From contig NC_042997.1 in assembly GCF_006345805.1 (NCBI RefSeq), positions 7,254,001 through 7,318,000 of the forward strand: a stretch of DNA of 64,000 bases, in the 5' to 3' direction. The notes beneath the pieces were generated by a model. The model did no database searches. It was not told the DNA's origin and was given only the letters and a program-made list of their open reading frames with translations. This document shows, piece after piece, positions 25,575 through 38,999 of the stretch (within the stretch, counting starts at the first letter, position 1; each line of letters opens with the position of its first letter). Source of the stretch: Octopus sinensis (lineage: Eukaryota). The translations under genes and the position numbers were made by a program.

Positions 25575-27449
25575 CAGTAGTTTTATTTTTATAGCGGGCT
25601 TTCACTTCATTACCGAGCGCAGATCTGTGTGCTTTGGGTATGTGTTGTGATTCGTGGTAGTGTTCTGATGGTTACTGTATTGAAGTGTTCTGCGTAGGAT
25701 GTGTGCAGTGCCTCGTAGTGCAATTTTCTGTATGTTATATGAGTTTGTAAGTCCTAGTGTCTATATTATGTATTTGCCTGAATATTTTTTTATCATACCT
25801 AACGCACCTACTATGATAAGAATTGTTTCTGTTTTTAGATTCCACATTCTAGTTACCTCTATTCCCAGGTCTTTGTAATTTGAAAGTTTCTCCATTTTAG
25901 AGACACGTTGTCATCTGCTGGTATTGATACATCAATTAGAAATCATTGTTTTCTTCATGGTCTCTAACAACTATATCTGGTCTGTTGGCCTTAATTTCTC
26001 TATCTGTGTGTATCGGCATATCCCAGAGTATGCTTGTTTTCTCGTTTTCTCTGACCTTTTCTGGTGTGTGGCTATACCATCTTTTTTCTGTTGTTATTCC
26101 AAAATGTTGGCATAGCGTCCAATGTATGTACGTCCCAACGCTGTTGCGTCTGTGAATATGTTCCTTCTGAGCCAGGACTGGGCAGCCAGAGATAATATGA
26201 TTTATTGTCTCTTGTCCATCTCCACATATTCTGCAGTTACTTGTTATATTTCTTTTCATTATACGTTTTTGGTAATTTCTGGTGGGGAGGATTTGGTCAA
26301 TTAAAAATCTCTCTGTCTCTGCTTTGAGTCCTGAGCTTTGCAACCATTGGTAGGGCTTTTCGTTGTCTATAACTTTTGCATTTAGTTTAGTGCAGTATTT
26401 GCCATGAAGGGGCTTTTCTTGCCATCGTTTTAAAATGGACCGTTGCTGTTCTAGTTTTAGTTTGGATTTCAATTGTTTTATAGCTTCTATCGTGTCTTCT
26501 TCTTCTTCTTCTTCTTCTTCTTCTTCTTCTTCTTCTTCTTCTTCTTCTTCTTCTTCTTCTTCTTCTTCTTCTTCTTCTTCTTCTTCTGCTTCTTCTTCTT
26601 CTTCTTCTTCTTCTTCTTCTTCTTCTTCTTCGTCTTCTTCTTCTCTTCTTCTTCTTCTTCTTCTTCGTCTTCTTCTTCTTCTTCTGTTTCTTCTTCTTCA
26701 TATTTGTTAGGTGGTATGATTTCTTGTTTGCATTTGTCAGCTTCCTTAAATACTGAGAACACTTTTTCGTTTTGCTCGTGTTTTGCCGCTATTTGTATCA
26801 GTTTCCCTTGCTTCTGAAGTAGGTATTTTTGCAGTCCTATGGTGGTTATTTTATAATAGTTTTCCATCTTTATAAGGTCTCTACCACATTCTATACGTTG
26901 TATATGTATGATTTTGGGTGATTCTCTCATTATTTTCCTTGTTTCTTATCTATGTTGGTAGTTCATTTAGCGTCCAGTTAAGGATATTGTAGCTGTAACA
27001 GGGACGGAAAAAGTGTTAATAATTATTATCTTGTATTTAGCATTGGGCTCCGTTTTTAATATTGATCTCACTCGTTTATAGCATTCTTTATTTCCTCTTT
27101 CATTTGTGTGTGTTGTGTCTTATCTGATTCATGGATTCCTAAATATTTGTAAGTTTGGCTTTGGTCTAATTCTCTTGTTTCATTCGTTTTATCTAATGTG
27201 ATGTTGCTACTCTTAAGTAATTTTCCTCTTTTCAGGGTTACTTTGGCGCATTTTTCTAATCCAAATTTCATATGTATTACTTTTGTAAATCCATGAACTG
27301 TCTTTAATAGTGTTTCAAGCTGTTTGTCATTTGTAGCGTATAGTTTTAGGTCATCGATATATAAAAGGTGGCTGATCGTTTTGTCGTAACATTTATATCC
27401 GCATCCAGTTCCATTTAGAATATGAGATAGAGGTGACAGTGCCAAGCAG
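25575..27449 (-). mobile_element. R4/Dong-type RLE LINE, 5'-truncated, internally deleted, with (GAA)n expansion
   Basis: LSPL..SHLLYIDDLKLYA..FGLEKCAK (27068-27445); WQEKPLHGKY..CRICGDGQETINHIISGC..KANRPDIV (25936-26472); 3'UTR matches 55020-55120; (AAT)n at both ends. Confidence 0.9.
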
Positions 27450-27517
<68 letters not shown>

Positions 27518-27518
27518 C

Positions 27519-27562
<44 letters not shown>

Positions 27563-27563
27563 C

Positions 27564-27615
<52 letters not shown>

Positions 27616-27642
27616 TGTTATTATTATTATCATTATGAAAAA

Positions 27643-27858
27643 GACGGTGAGCTGGCAGAATCGTTAGAACGCCGGGGAAAATGCATTTTGCCCGTCTGTA
27701 TGATCAGAGCTCAAATACTGCAGATGCCTACTTTGCTTTTCATCCTTTTGGGGTCAATAAAATAAGCACAGGTTAAGCACTGGGAGTGACGTAATCGACT
27801 TTACCCTTGCCCCACCAAAAACAATGTGCCAGGCCTTCTGGCTATAGTACAAAGTATT
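27643..27858 (+). mobile_element. tRNA/CORE-type SINE, degenerate
   Basis: GGTGAGCTGGCAGAATCGTTAG head; TTTGCTTTTCATCCTTTTGGGGTCAATAAAATAAG core. Confidence 0.8.
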
Positions 27859-28289
27859 AATTTAAATGAAAAATCTCAACTTTATTTTGATGGGCATGAT
27901 GGGAAGTGACAGCTCCCCACAGCCAGCAGACTGAGGTAACATTTGTTTACTGTCTATTGTCCAAAACTGTCCTGCCTTTACATTAGTTCAAGTCTTTTCG
28001 AGCCGTGCTGGTTGTTGGGTACTCATATTTCAAAGTGCACCAGCCATTATTGTTATCGCATCAACTTTCTTCATTGCCCATCACATGCGTTTTTCCTGCT
28101 TCATTTCATCATAGATGTCTAATTTTTCTTCTTTCTTTTCAGTCATGTTGTCACTTGTGATGCTCTTTCTAATATCAGGCATATTTTTTTTTTAATCACT
28201 AGAATTACGTAAGGATTTCCATGCTTAGTATGATAGTCACACTGAATCCATCAGGAATTTGCAACCCTCATACTTAGTCACTTCTAGGA

Positions 28290-30010
28290 TTTGATCATAC
28301 CACATTTTTTATTTTTCTGTTCCACTATTTCCAAAACGCTTCCAATTGGTCATTCTTACAACCTTCTGATGTCACTTTTGTATTCACGTTATGTCAATTT
28401 CGGGCATCCACAAGCAATGTTCTGCACTGTTTCACACTTTTCAACACACATTTTACATGCGGTGCTCACTTTTCTATTTCACATAATTTGTTTCCAATGT
28501 TTGTACTTGTACCATACAAGTCATTCCCCTACATCCATAACCACCAGCCTTCTCTATGTCTTTTTGCTCGTATATTATTTTCCTTTCCACGCCGTATCTT
28601 TTATCGTACATTCTTTAAATCTCTCTTTAAATTTTCTCTCGCCACAATTATCAGTTTTCTTGATTCGGACTTCTTCACTTGCTTTAACAATGGGTCCGCG
28701 ATATTTTACATAACACGCTACAGTGATTTCCTCTTAATGAAGACAAATATGACAACGGATCAAACATCTCTCACCTTTACTTCTGAACAAGTACAATCGA
28801 CCAATGTCACTCTTGGGATGAAATTGTTCGTGCACTGTCAAGAGCTTCCGAGTTTTCGCATCATTCTTTTGGTAATTCATGATTCCAGCTCCATACCTTA
28901 GTGGTGCAACCGCCCATGTATTTACTTCTTGGAATTTATTCCATCCTGTCAATTCAATTTCGAGCTCAACGCCAATCGTAGTCTTCAAAAATATTCTTTC
29001 TTCGGCTGTTATTTCATTTACTTCTACATGGTTTCTGGAACTCTTATATGCCAAGTTACATATAGACTTCTTTGTCAATTTGTTTCATTGCTTCCTTCTT
29101 CGGTAATTCCATCCTTCTATACTTCCCTCCTTTCAGAATCATTACGCCACAACTCTTGAGTTCGAGCACCTTAATTCCATCTTAATATCAGTAATAAAAC
29201 ATTGGGCAGCTTTCACTAATGAACTCGAATGTACTTCAATCTTGCCATGCATCTTAAAATCATGCATGAAGAGATGATTGATTTTTTGTACTTTTTCTTT
29301 CTTTGTATATTTCCTGATCATTTTCCTGAGCACCAAATGTCAGACGTAACATGCAATATACTAGAAGCTAATGGGTTATGTTAACTCCTTAGAAATACCT
29401 CTCTTGATGAAAGCACCCAAGCTATGTCCGTACAATGTGAACTGAAGTTTCTAACCCATCATACTTGTCTTCAGAAAACACATTATGTTTCTGGCAGTGC
29501 TAAGCACATGCAAGTACCCAACGATCCACGAACGTAGAACCATAACGTAAGCTTTGCAGTAATCAATCCAGGTCATTTCCAAAACTGTGTTCTTTTGCTT
29601 ACAATCTTACATTACTATTTTACCTATCAATAATAAGTTTTCTTACTTCGTTATTTCTTTCTGAAACCTTTTATTTTCCGTTAGTAAAATATCTCAAGAT
29701 CAAAAAATTTGTACATTTCTACTGCAGTACCTCTTGACAGTAATGAAAGGAAAGAAAGTGGTCTCATTTGGCGGTAGCATTACATTTCTATACATTTCCC
29801 AAACTCACCACTGTTCATCCTTTGGTCAACCGTCCTGGAATTTCATCTGTCCATTTGTCAATGCACGAATGTGCTCTTCAATCAATTTATGACAGCCAGT
29901 GAAAATTTTATCCGAATTCCCACCTTTCGAAACTGCTGGATGTTTGACAAAATTTTAATTCTGTATTATTATTAGTCTGTTAACTACATGGAACTCTACT
30001 CGCATTTTCT
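28290..30010 (-). mobile_element. Old R4/Dong-type LINE fragment (different subfamily)
   Basis: NTWAVAPLRYGAGIM..KTRKLLTVHEQFHPKSDIGRLYL (28734-29078); MTWIDYCKAYVMV..SW (~29500-29590). Confidence 0.75.
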
Positions 30011-30643
30011 TAATATTCAATTTAATACCGTCTGATACTGTTCTCATATCACAAACTATATTTGGATCTATCTTCAGGGTTTTTTTTTCATTTTCCGCAG
30101 TCTAGATAAGTGGCATTTACCAGCATTGTATAGGTTTATATTTTTTGCCTTCTTTCATAAATAATCGTGGATCAAATAGGGCACCCGACATCAGTTATAG
30201 AGGGCATGTGCTTCAGCTTGTCCACCAAAATTTTCCGCTCCATTGTTCAAGCGCCTGTTCCATTTTTATTGTGAAATACCACAGGATATTTCCAGGTTTT
30301 CGACACAATCGCTCTCAGTGAATTCTTCCTTTCGGAGACAAGAAACTATGAAGCTATCATATAATGGGGTTGACGAAGTCGATGTTCTTCTTCCTTCAAA
30401 AACTTCTGAACCTGTGACAACACTTCAAACCATTATTATTGTCATTGTTGTCGTTGTTTTTGTTGTTCTAATTCATGTTAATGTTCTCAGAAAGAATAAT
30501 TTTCTGTCAAACAATCCTACGGAATTTGCAGATCATTCATGAAGTAAAACGCATGCAGGTTTAGCTAATTGAAATAGGATATAAGGAGGTGCTAATTCCT
30601 TAAATCGTATAAACCAGTTGTTCCCAAGTATACCTACATATGA

Positions 30644-30685
<42 letters not shown>

Positions 30686-31428
30686 TCATGTGTCTGTTTA
30701 TGTGTGCGAATGTGGTTTTAATAAATGTTTTGATTGATTTGTTTTGGGTTTTCACATGTAATTATCACAATAACCTGTTATCAAAATAGATTCTTATCAC
30801 CTTTTATCAACTGAACATGTTTAAAAGTATGAATGGTACTCTTCTTCAAAATCTATGTTCATTTATCAACGTTTAAATTATTTTATATTAATATAGGAAT
30901 ACATTATTTTAATTCCTATTTCCGGAAAATAACACATTTTGATAAGCTAGAATTATACTTATACACACATATATGTAAACGTGTCAAAATAACCATTGTC
31001 ATATGAGTATCATATGCGATCAATCATCATTATAGTTACGTGACATTTTATATCCATGAGTTGTTCAAATAAAATAACGCCATATTCAATATTTAGTTCT
31101 TATTTCCTCGATGAATATATGCAATAATAACGGACGAGCATATATATATATATCAGATAATACTACAATCATACCATTATCAGACATTAGCATTACGTAA
31201 ATATAAGCACCTATATGGGATGTGCTGCACATTACTAAATGTGATCTTCATATCTAAAAACAATTCATTACGATTTGAGAGGGGACGAAGTGAACCAGAT
31301 GAATTCACTCACAGACACGTTCCGATTTACCGCTCCCTCTTAATCCCTGTTTACTCTCTGCGTCTGTCTGTCTCCCTGACTGTCTTTTTCTCTCTTTCTC
31401 TTCCTCTCTCTCTCTCTCTCTCTATCTA

Positions 31429-31477
<49 letters not shown>

Positions 31478-31616
31478 GATAGTGTGGTTGTGTACGTGTG
31501 TGTGAGAGAGAGAGAGACTTTACATATATACATACGCAATTTACCGTATTTCCTCTCTGGATGTGCGTAAATGCCCGAATAAATTTTTGCACGGACTTAC
31601 GTATGTATGTATTTAT

Positions 31617-31769
31617 GCAGGACTAGCTGTATGGTAAGTAGCTTGCTTACCAACAACATTTTTCCGGGTTCAGACCCATTGCATCGCACCTTGAGCAGTG
31701 TCTTCTACTCTAGGGCCGATCAAAGCCTTGTGAGAGGATTTGGTAGACGAAAACCGAAAGAAGCCCATC

Positions 31770-31770
<1 letters not shown>
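31617..31770 (+). mobile_element. tRNA-derived SINE
   Basis: A-box-like GCTGTATGGTAAG, B-box-like GGGTTCAGACCC, CORE-like CACCTTGAGCAGTGTCTTCTAC; ends in (TA)n. Confidence 0.8.
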
Positions 31771-31817
<47 letters not shown>

Positions 31818-32507
31818 CCATAATAGGTACGTACTCTAATGACTGAAACATGTAAGATTCAAAAATGATAACTAAAGAATAAAAAGCTTGTACATACTTC
31901 TATCAGAGTTGGTGGAAGCATATGGAATATTTGGAAATTAGAGATACTAGAAGGAAAAATCTAATGAATTATATTTCACATTATATCTAAATTATATCTA
32001 AATACCTGATGTTTAGTAATGTAATATCTTACATTAAGCAGTCAGCACGGAAGGTTAGTGTTCAGATGTTTTTGTCTTCAGACCAGATTTGATATTGAGG
32101 ATTTAAATATATGTTCTTAAAAGTAACGTTTTTATAAATATATACCAATTTTGTTTCATTATAACCATTTGATCTGTAAACCAGTGAATCATAATCTTAA
32201 TATGGATTATTCTCATTTTACTCAAAATCATTATATGTTTATCAGCTTTTCCCAGCAAAAATTTTAAATCATTTCCACCAACAGGCGCACTTATATAGCC
32301 AATCATATACAAGTTTCAAAACTTTGTACATTTTGCGCCAGAAATTTATCAATCGAATCAGTTATGAGTCCAACAAAATTGAGGTAATAAATTGTTGTTG
32401 TTATCTAAATTATTGCCTTTGATATTTCACAGACAATTATATTTTTATTCCAACATGTGTTCGTAAAATTGCATCAAATACCACCGCATGTATAGAAACA
32501 TGAGTCA

Positions 32508-32737
32508 GGTGGCGAGTTGGCAGAAACGTTAGCACACAGGGCGAACTTGGCGGTATTTTGTCTGCCGTTGCGTTCTGAGTTCAAATTCCGCCGAGGTCGA
32601 CTTTGCCTTTCATCCTTTCGGGATCGATAAATTAAGTACCAGTAACGCACTAGGGTAGATATAATCGACTTACTCCCTTTGTTTGTCCTTGTTTGTCCCT
32701 TCTATGTTTATCCCCTTTTGGGCAATAAAGAAATAAG
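32508..32737 (+). mobile_element. tRNA/CORE-type SINE, near full length
   Basis: GGTGGCGAGTTGGCAGAAACGTTAGC...GAGTTCAAATTCCGCCGAGGTCGACTTTGCC...GCAATAAAGAAATAAG. Confidence 0.88.
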
Positions 32738-34141
32738 TTATGATAGTAAAATAACTTCTTACATTTAACATAATAGTTCCTAGCACATACTTTTTCACCA
32801 ATCCATTTCTGAATGTTGGAATATTTAGATTACATTATATATATTTATCAACAAATACGTTTAATCACGACAGTGAATCATTAGCGAACTCATGTATGTT
32901 CCACTTAGTTCCTTCAAAAGTATTGCAATGAAACTTAATATATCATAGCATTAATGATATTAGAAATCACCCTTATTCGATTTTCATTTAGAATAACATT
33001 TTTTCCCGTAAATTATAGTCTTGACTCCATCTGGAGAATAATGACGAATGTATATGATTTTCTTATACTAATATTGTAATTCAATCAACTTTGAGAAGAT
33101 TTATAAGTTATAGCATCGCATTTAATCGCCACATATAACATATTTCCATTTCTATAGAAGAGAAATATATCAACACGCAGAAGTTATAAAAATTTACATT
33201 TGCATTGCTTGTAAAATTCAGAAAGATGTCAATGATTACAATACTTTCTTCCTTTTAAAAAGCTAGTTCCATTTCTCTTTTCACAGGACATTCCTCGAAA
33301 ATTTTGTATCCATTAGTGATAACATTTTGGCTGTATTTTCCTTGCATTATGTGCAGCATAACTAGCATCAGGATATATTTATCATTTAATCTATTCACTT
33401 TTACTCACATTTGTAATCCATTGGAGGAATATCCAATTAATAGATTGGAGAAGCCAATACAATTACAATAGGTTTTTACCTTCACCAATATTAAGAATTC
33501 ATACCCCCTTATTCGATTCTTCATCTATTATAATATATAAATAACTGTACTTCATGATATATTCATATATTTCCTATACTTTACTGTGGTTGTATCCGTT
33601 GAAATTTTGGACTTGCGGGTGTTGATGAAGTCTTGATTCCAATTCTTGTTTGTCCGACCGCTGCAAGACTTCCTCTGAATGCCGTTGCCCATGTCGATTC
33701 TTCCTTGGCTCTATAAAACTGTGCTAAAGGATTCTCTGTCTATGCTGGAGATTCTGCTCGGACCAGATCGCATGTTCTTTCACATTTGTCTTCCTGCGCA
33801 GACTTATTCCCTAATGTTCCCAGGAAAAAAGTTTATTATTAGCTGATAATGTACTCTTTGTTCTGCATTAAGCTTCATATCATTTACTATAGCGGTCGTT
33901 GTGAAATATTAGTTTAAATTTTGATCCAAGATTTGCTTCCACACACTGTATATACATATATACATATGTGTGTGTGCGTGTGTGTGTGTGTGTCTGTGTG
34001 TGTGAGTGAGGTACTGGTATCTAGAAGATCCAAAGAGTGTCGGATAATGCTAACTGCTACGAATAGACCGTGGTTAAGCTCTTGGCTCGATAATAATATG
34101 AGGATTCTAATGTGGGACTTGTATTTGCATCCATATATATA

Positions 34142-35378
34142 CAGGGTGTCCCAAAAAAATGTATACACACCTTAAATAATTATAAATTTGGGGTTTATTA
34201 TAATTAGAATAATTTTCAACATGTAAAAGAATTTACAAATATCATTCTAGTGTCTTGTTATCGCATGTTCTCAAACTGATGTCCGTTCTGCTCCAGACAC
34301 TGCTGACAACGCGAAGCGATGGAATGGCACACATCATGGAACAATTCCCTTGGGATATTCGTACATTCATGTTCAATGGTTGCCCTCAATTGAACAACTG
34401 TTGCAGGTTTCTGTGCGTAGACTTTGTCCTTTAGGTATCCCCATAAAAAGAAGTCTAGTGGTGTGAGGTCTGGTGAACGTGGAGGGTATTCGACAAAACC
34501 TCTCCGTCCAATCCACCTGTTTGGCAAGATTCCATCAAAAAGGATCTAACATCGCGATGGTAGTGTGGAGGTGCCCCATCTTGCTGGAAATAAAACTCTT
34601 CCTGTTCAAAGTCCTCTCTAATGCTTGGCATGACAGACTGTTGCAAGTTCAAGTAAACAGGACCAGTCACAGTAGCGTCAAAAAAGAAAGGTCGAATTAA
34701 TCCTCGTGAAGATAAGCCACACCACACTGTAATTCCTGGTAAATTAACATGGTGGTCGACCATAACATGTGGATTATCAGGTCCCCAGTAGGTGCAATTG
34801 TGTCTGTTAATCGGACCATTTAATGTGAATGTGGCCTCATCACTCCACACAATCTTTGTAGGAAAGTGTGCATCTTCGTTACATCGTTCCAAGTACCACT
34901 CGCAATACTGTACTCTTCGGTCTGGATCATCGTCATTAAGAGCATGGACTAATCTTGGAATGTAACTTCTCCATTGACAACGTTTCATGATGCGATGGAC
35001 AGATGATTTTGAAATGCCTACCTCACGACTAGCTTGCCGCAAAAACTTGCTTGGACTTCGTTGAAAAGTTTCCAGTAATCTTTCTTCTTTTGTGGGGCTT
35101 GTCGATATACGTGGTCTTCCGGAACGCTTCTTATGGACGTCCTGAACAGTTCCATCAGCTTCAAACTTATCTCTAATTCGAGTGATGGTAACTCGTGTTG
35201 GTGGTTCTTTGTTAAACTCCCTCCTAAATTGTCTTTGCACTTTTACTGCGTTTTCATACTTCCAGTAGCATTTTAGAATAAATTTCCTTTCTTCAAAGTC
35301 AAGTCTGGCTGCCATCACTCGGTTCAATGGGTTCAGTCTATAAAGAAAGAATAAATAATTGAGTTATCAGCTGCTACA

Positions 35379-35387
<9 letters not shown>
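34142..35387 (-). mobile_element. Tc1/mariner-superfamily DD41D (rosa-type) transposon; one frameshift, right TIR mostly lost
   Basis: ORFs 34455-35327 + 34258-34527: [30 protein letters not shown]. Restoring one base near 34536 gives 41 residues between the 2nd and 3rd Asp. Left end TA|CAGGGTGTCCCAAAAAAATGTATACAC; only TGTGTATA remains at right before (TA)n. Confidence 0.92.
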
Positions 35388-35419
<32 letters not shown>

Positions 35420-35424
<5 letters not shown>

Positions 35425-36825
35425 CAAAATGAGATTAAAAAATCCAACGTTCTGATTTAGTTTCAGGACATTTATAATTAAATAGTTTTTACAGCTGTTT
35501 CTGGGATATTATCGAAATCCCTTCATCAGAGACGTTGTGAGAAAATGAGAGGAAGAAAGATAGAAAAAGTAAAAAAGAAAAAAAGGGAGAGAGAAAAAAA
35601 CAGAGTGAAAAAGTAAAGGTGAAGGAAGTTAGAAAGTGGGTGTTAGTATCTGGTCAAGATAATGTGACGGGGACGGCAGAAGTGTGTGGGAGGTATAGAA
35701 AAAGATAAGAAGGCAAGGAATAAAAGAATGTGAGATATGTGAATAGGGGTATATATACGTGTGCGTGTATATATACGTGTGTACGTACACATCTGCATGT
35801 ATGAATTCCAGTAGAGATGCGCGTGAGCGTGCATTGTCATATGTGCATGTGTATGTATAGGAGTATGTATATGTATGTATAATATGTGTGCGTATATATG
35901 CATACATATTCGCAAGTATATATGTATGTGAGTGCATTTTTACGTATGTCATTATACTTTCTTTCCTTCTCTTCTATTCCTTCCTATCACTAACCTATCA
36001 CACACGTTTATTTATAGAAATTTGACGTCTTTGCATTTTTTCTTCCACCTCACCTTTTACTACTAAAATTACTACTCAATTCGGTATCACCCCACCCTTA
36101 ATTTTTCTCCATCCATCCCTTACTGTTGTCTGTCATATCACCCTTACTCACATATCTCACATTCGTTTATTACTTACCTACTCATCTCTTTCTATCCCTC
36201 CCCCACACCCCTCCCATCCTCCGATCACCAATTTGTGGTGGTCAATCCTGACCATCAACTCACATTCCCTTTCTCACTTCCTTCACCCTTTCTTCACATT
36301 TACTCATTCTTTGTTTTTCTCTCCCTTTTTCTTTTTTCTTTTTCTCTCTTTCTCCCTCTCATATTCTCTTCCTGATTTAAATTTGACCTATCTTCCCTTT
36401 CTAATCATGCATATCTCTGTCCCCACCATTTATCCACGAATACTACCTATACATTCTCAAATTATCATTCACACCACAAAAGCATTTCGAACGAGCGACA
36501 CTGATTCCACGGCTCCATACTTTAAAACATGATCTGCTATTGGAACTTACATACCATGTAGAAGAAACATTTTATACCACTTCTATACACCTCGAATATT
36601 GGAACTACAATATCTTTATATATCTTATTTCTAATTTCATTCTCTTACTTCACTCTATATTCTCTATCTCCTCCTTTTCTGCTATAATTCGAACTTAAAC
36701 ATATTCTCACACTGCCTCTGATGAAGTTATATCGATAATGTCCAAGAAACAGCTGTAAGACTATTTCATTATAAATGTCCTGAAAACTCTTCACAGACTT
36801 GGATCTATTATCTCATTTTCACTTT
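35420..36825. mobile_element. Two Penelope-type pLTR relics in inverted (divergent) orientation, each with a hammerhead
   Basis: Minus 35485-35534: GUCU-CUGAUGA-AGGGAU..AUCCC-A-GAAA-CAGCUG-UA. Plus 36714-36761: GCCU-CUGAUGA..GAAA-CAGCUG-UA-AGAC. Shared downstream ATTATAAATGTCCTGAAA; pyrimidine-rich strand switches near 35.9 kb; (TA)n at both outer ends. Confidence 0.7.
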
Positions 36826-36861
<36 letters not shown>

Positions 36862-38014
36862 ATATATATATACATAAGCACACAGATAAATAGGTAGACA
36901 GATATACACGCATGCACACTCATATGTATTTATATATATGTGTGTATGTGTGCGTGTGTGTATTGTATATGTGTATATACATAACCAAAGTGGCAGAAAT
37001 TACTTACTCCGAATAAATAAAATGGTAACGTAATCCAATGATAGACAGAAATCGAAGAAGTAGGTGCCCCCCAAAAAGTGGGAAGGACGAGAAGGGTATG
37101 TGTGAGTGGGCATACATGCATAGACATATAGATACTGCATACCGCCAACACAGAAGCCGTAATTTTGTGTCATGTGTGAATTGTTTTGGACTATCACTTG
37201 AGATGTAATTTTAATTAAAAGGAAATTACTACGCCATTATATACAAGAAAATGTATAATCAATTAATTGGAGCATCGAGAATGCTATTGTCCAAATGCAC
37301 CCAGATACCTGCAACACAATGTTTAAATACTATATAAGAAATAAATTTAAGAGTACTAAAAGAAAATTGACATTATTTTAATATCTTTTTAAATACATTA
37401 GATATGTACTTGTCAATATCCGTATAAATAGATCGGTAAACACTGGTATATGATAGTCACTGGGTTCGTTTTCATTGTGGTTGCGACACCTTGATAGGTA
37501 TGTGCTAACAAGTAGGACGTATATCTGTTTCTCCCGCAAGTCATTTGTAATTAGATGGTCAATTGTTCAGAGTGATAGTGAAGCATGAATTGAAAGATCG
37601 GAGTGTATTTTAATTGATCTTAAATTACCTGGAATAGCCTTTCATCCTCGTTTTAAGTATCTTTACGATAAATTACTAAGAGAAAGAATGACTTATCCGT
37701 TGGAATTTATTGAAGCACTGGCACTAATTACATTAGTTTAGAATTCAGAAATTAACGAAGCATATTTATATATATTTATCCAATTTATAATTTAATAATA
37801 CTTTTCAATATGGCTTCAGACAGTTGTAGGTCGTTCACATTTGAGTTTTTAGTGTAAAATCTTTTGTATTTCTGTATGGTTTCGGGGAGAAATATATCCC
37901 TTCTAATTAAAATCATGATTTACGGAGGTTTCTATTTCTGAAGAGGAAATTTTTCTTTAGATCCATCGGTTTGAATACCAGAGATATTATGACCTAGCAG
38001 AATATTTAGCACAC

Positions 38015-38200
38015 TGAACAAACTGTTTAGCAACATTTCTTCTCTTTTACGGGCTGAGTTGAAGTCCTCATGAGGCCGACTTTGTCTTTCAGCCTATTGG
38101 GTTCGATTAAATAAGTACCAGCTAACAGCTAGGATCGATGTATTCGCCTAAAAACTTTCACACCAAAGTTTCCACGCCTTACGCTTATTGTAGACAGAGA
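38015..38200 (+). mobile_element. Degenerate tRNA/CORE SINE
   Basis: GAGGCCGACTTTGTCTTTCAGCC..TTCGATTAAATAAGTACCAG. Confidence 0.65.
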
Positions 38201-38754
38201 AATACACTAAAATCTAACGATTTTGGTGTAGCAATTTCACATCAACCTATACGCAGTGTCGGCTTATACGATAGTATGTACCGATTCACTTTTGCGTAAT
38301 AAATCCCTGATTTACAAAACATATTTAGCTTTTTGGTTTTTTTTTTTTAAATGTGTACCACACTAGATTTTGATGATACTATTTACTCCAACATTGAGAT
38401 ATAAGCGAAAACAAAATTTGCACTCATGTTTCCTGATAATTTTTAAATATCTTAAAATATGAACCGTATGAATTTTTTTCGAATTACCTTTGAAGCAACG
38501 GCAATTAGCCTCAACTATAATTAGTTAATCTATTATAGTTAATTGAAACGATAGTAACGAAGGTTATCAACAGAACAGCGATATGAAGAGAATATAAACA
38601 TTACTTCTCAGTATAGTTACTACTTTCATTTCTTATAAAACGTTTCTGACAAGCTAATTTGCTTGTTGCAAAATCAAGGACTGACTGTCACTTAATTTTC
38701 TATATACTGCGCGTCTCGTCTGAGTGAACTACTACTATCTCTAGTGGACGACTA

Positions 38755-38805
38755 GCCGCCACTGAGGATGAGTAAAATTAACTCTAAACCGCATAGTCTG
38801 GTGGT
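38755..38805 (+). ncRNA. Hammerhead ribozyme with one core mutation, inside a ~270-bp GC-richer relic (38700-38960)
   Basis: GCCGCCA-CUGAGGA-U-GAGU(AAAAUUA)ACUC-UAAA-C(CGCAUA)G-UC-UGGUGGU: 7-bp stem I, GUC site, GAAA mutated to UAAA. Confidence 0.68.
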
Positions 38806-38999
38806 CCCGTCGTTGGAAAAGGGTAAGGTTTCACTCTTTTGCTTTCAATATACATAGGATGCAGATTGCATCGACAAACCTACTGGAGGAGGCGTCTCCC
38901 TGGGGTTATACTGGTAGTTAAATCGGTCCCTACTGATCAGCCATGCTTCTTAGTGTAGTTACTGTTTTGATCTCCTATACAAAATTTCTGACTAGCTAA

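Larger units (their letters stand above)
30750..33560 (+). pseudogene. Decayed LRR-coding relic(s), interrupted by SINEs and microsatellites
   Basis: NMFKSMNGTLLQNL (~30812), KHMEYLEIRD (31916-31945), VLKSNVF, LILIL*FNQL (~33061), IYLSFNLF (~33374), TFTNIKNSYPLIRFFIYYNI (33478-33537). Confidence 0.38.

Noticed and set aside
33240-33830. Minus-strand zinc-knuckle-like and MGNGIQ.. short frames
   Set aside because: Needs frameshifts, frames are short, and no supporting gag/pol context
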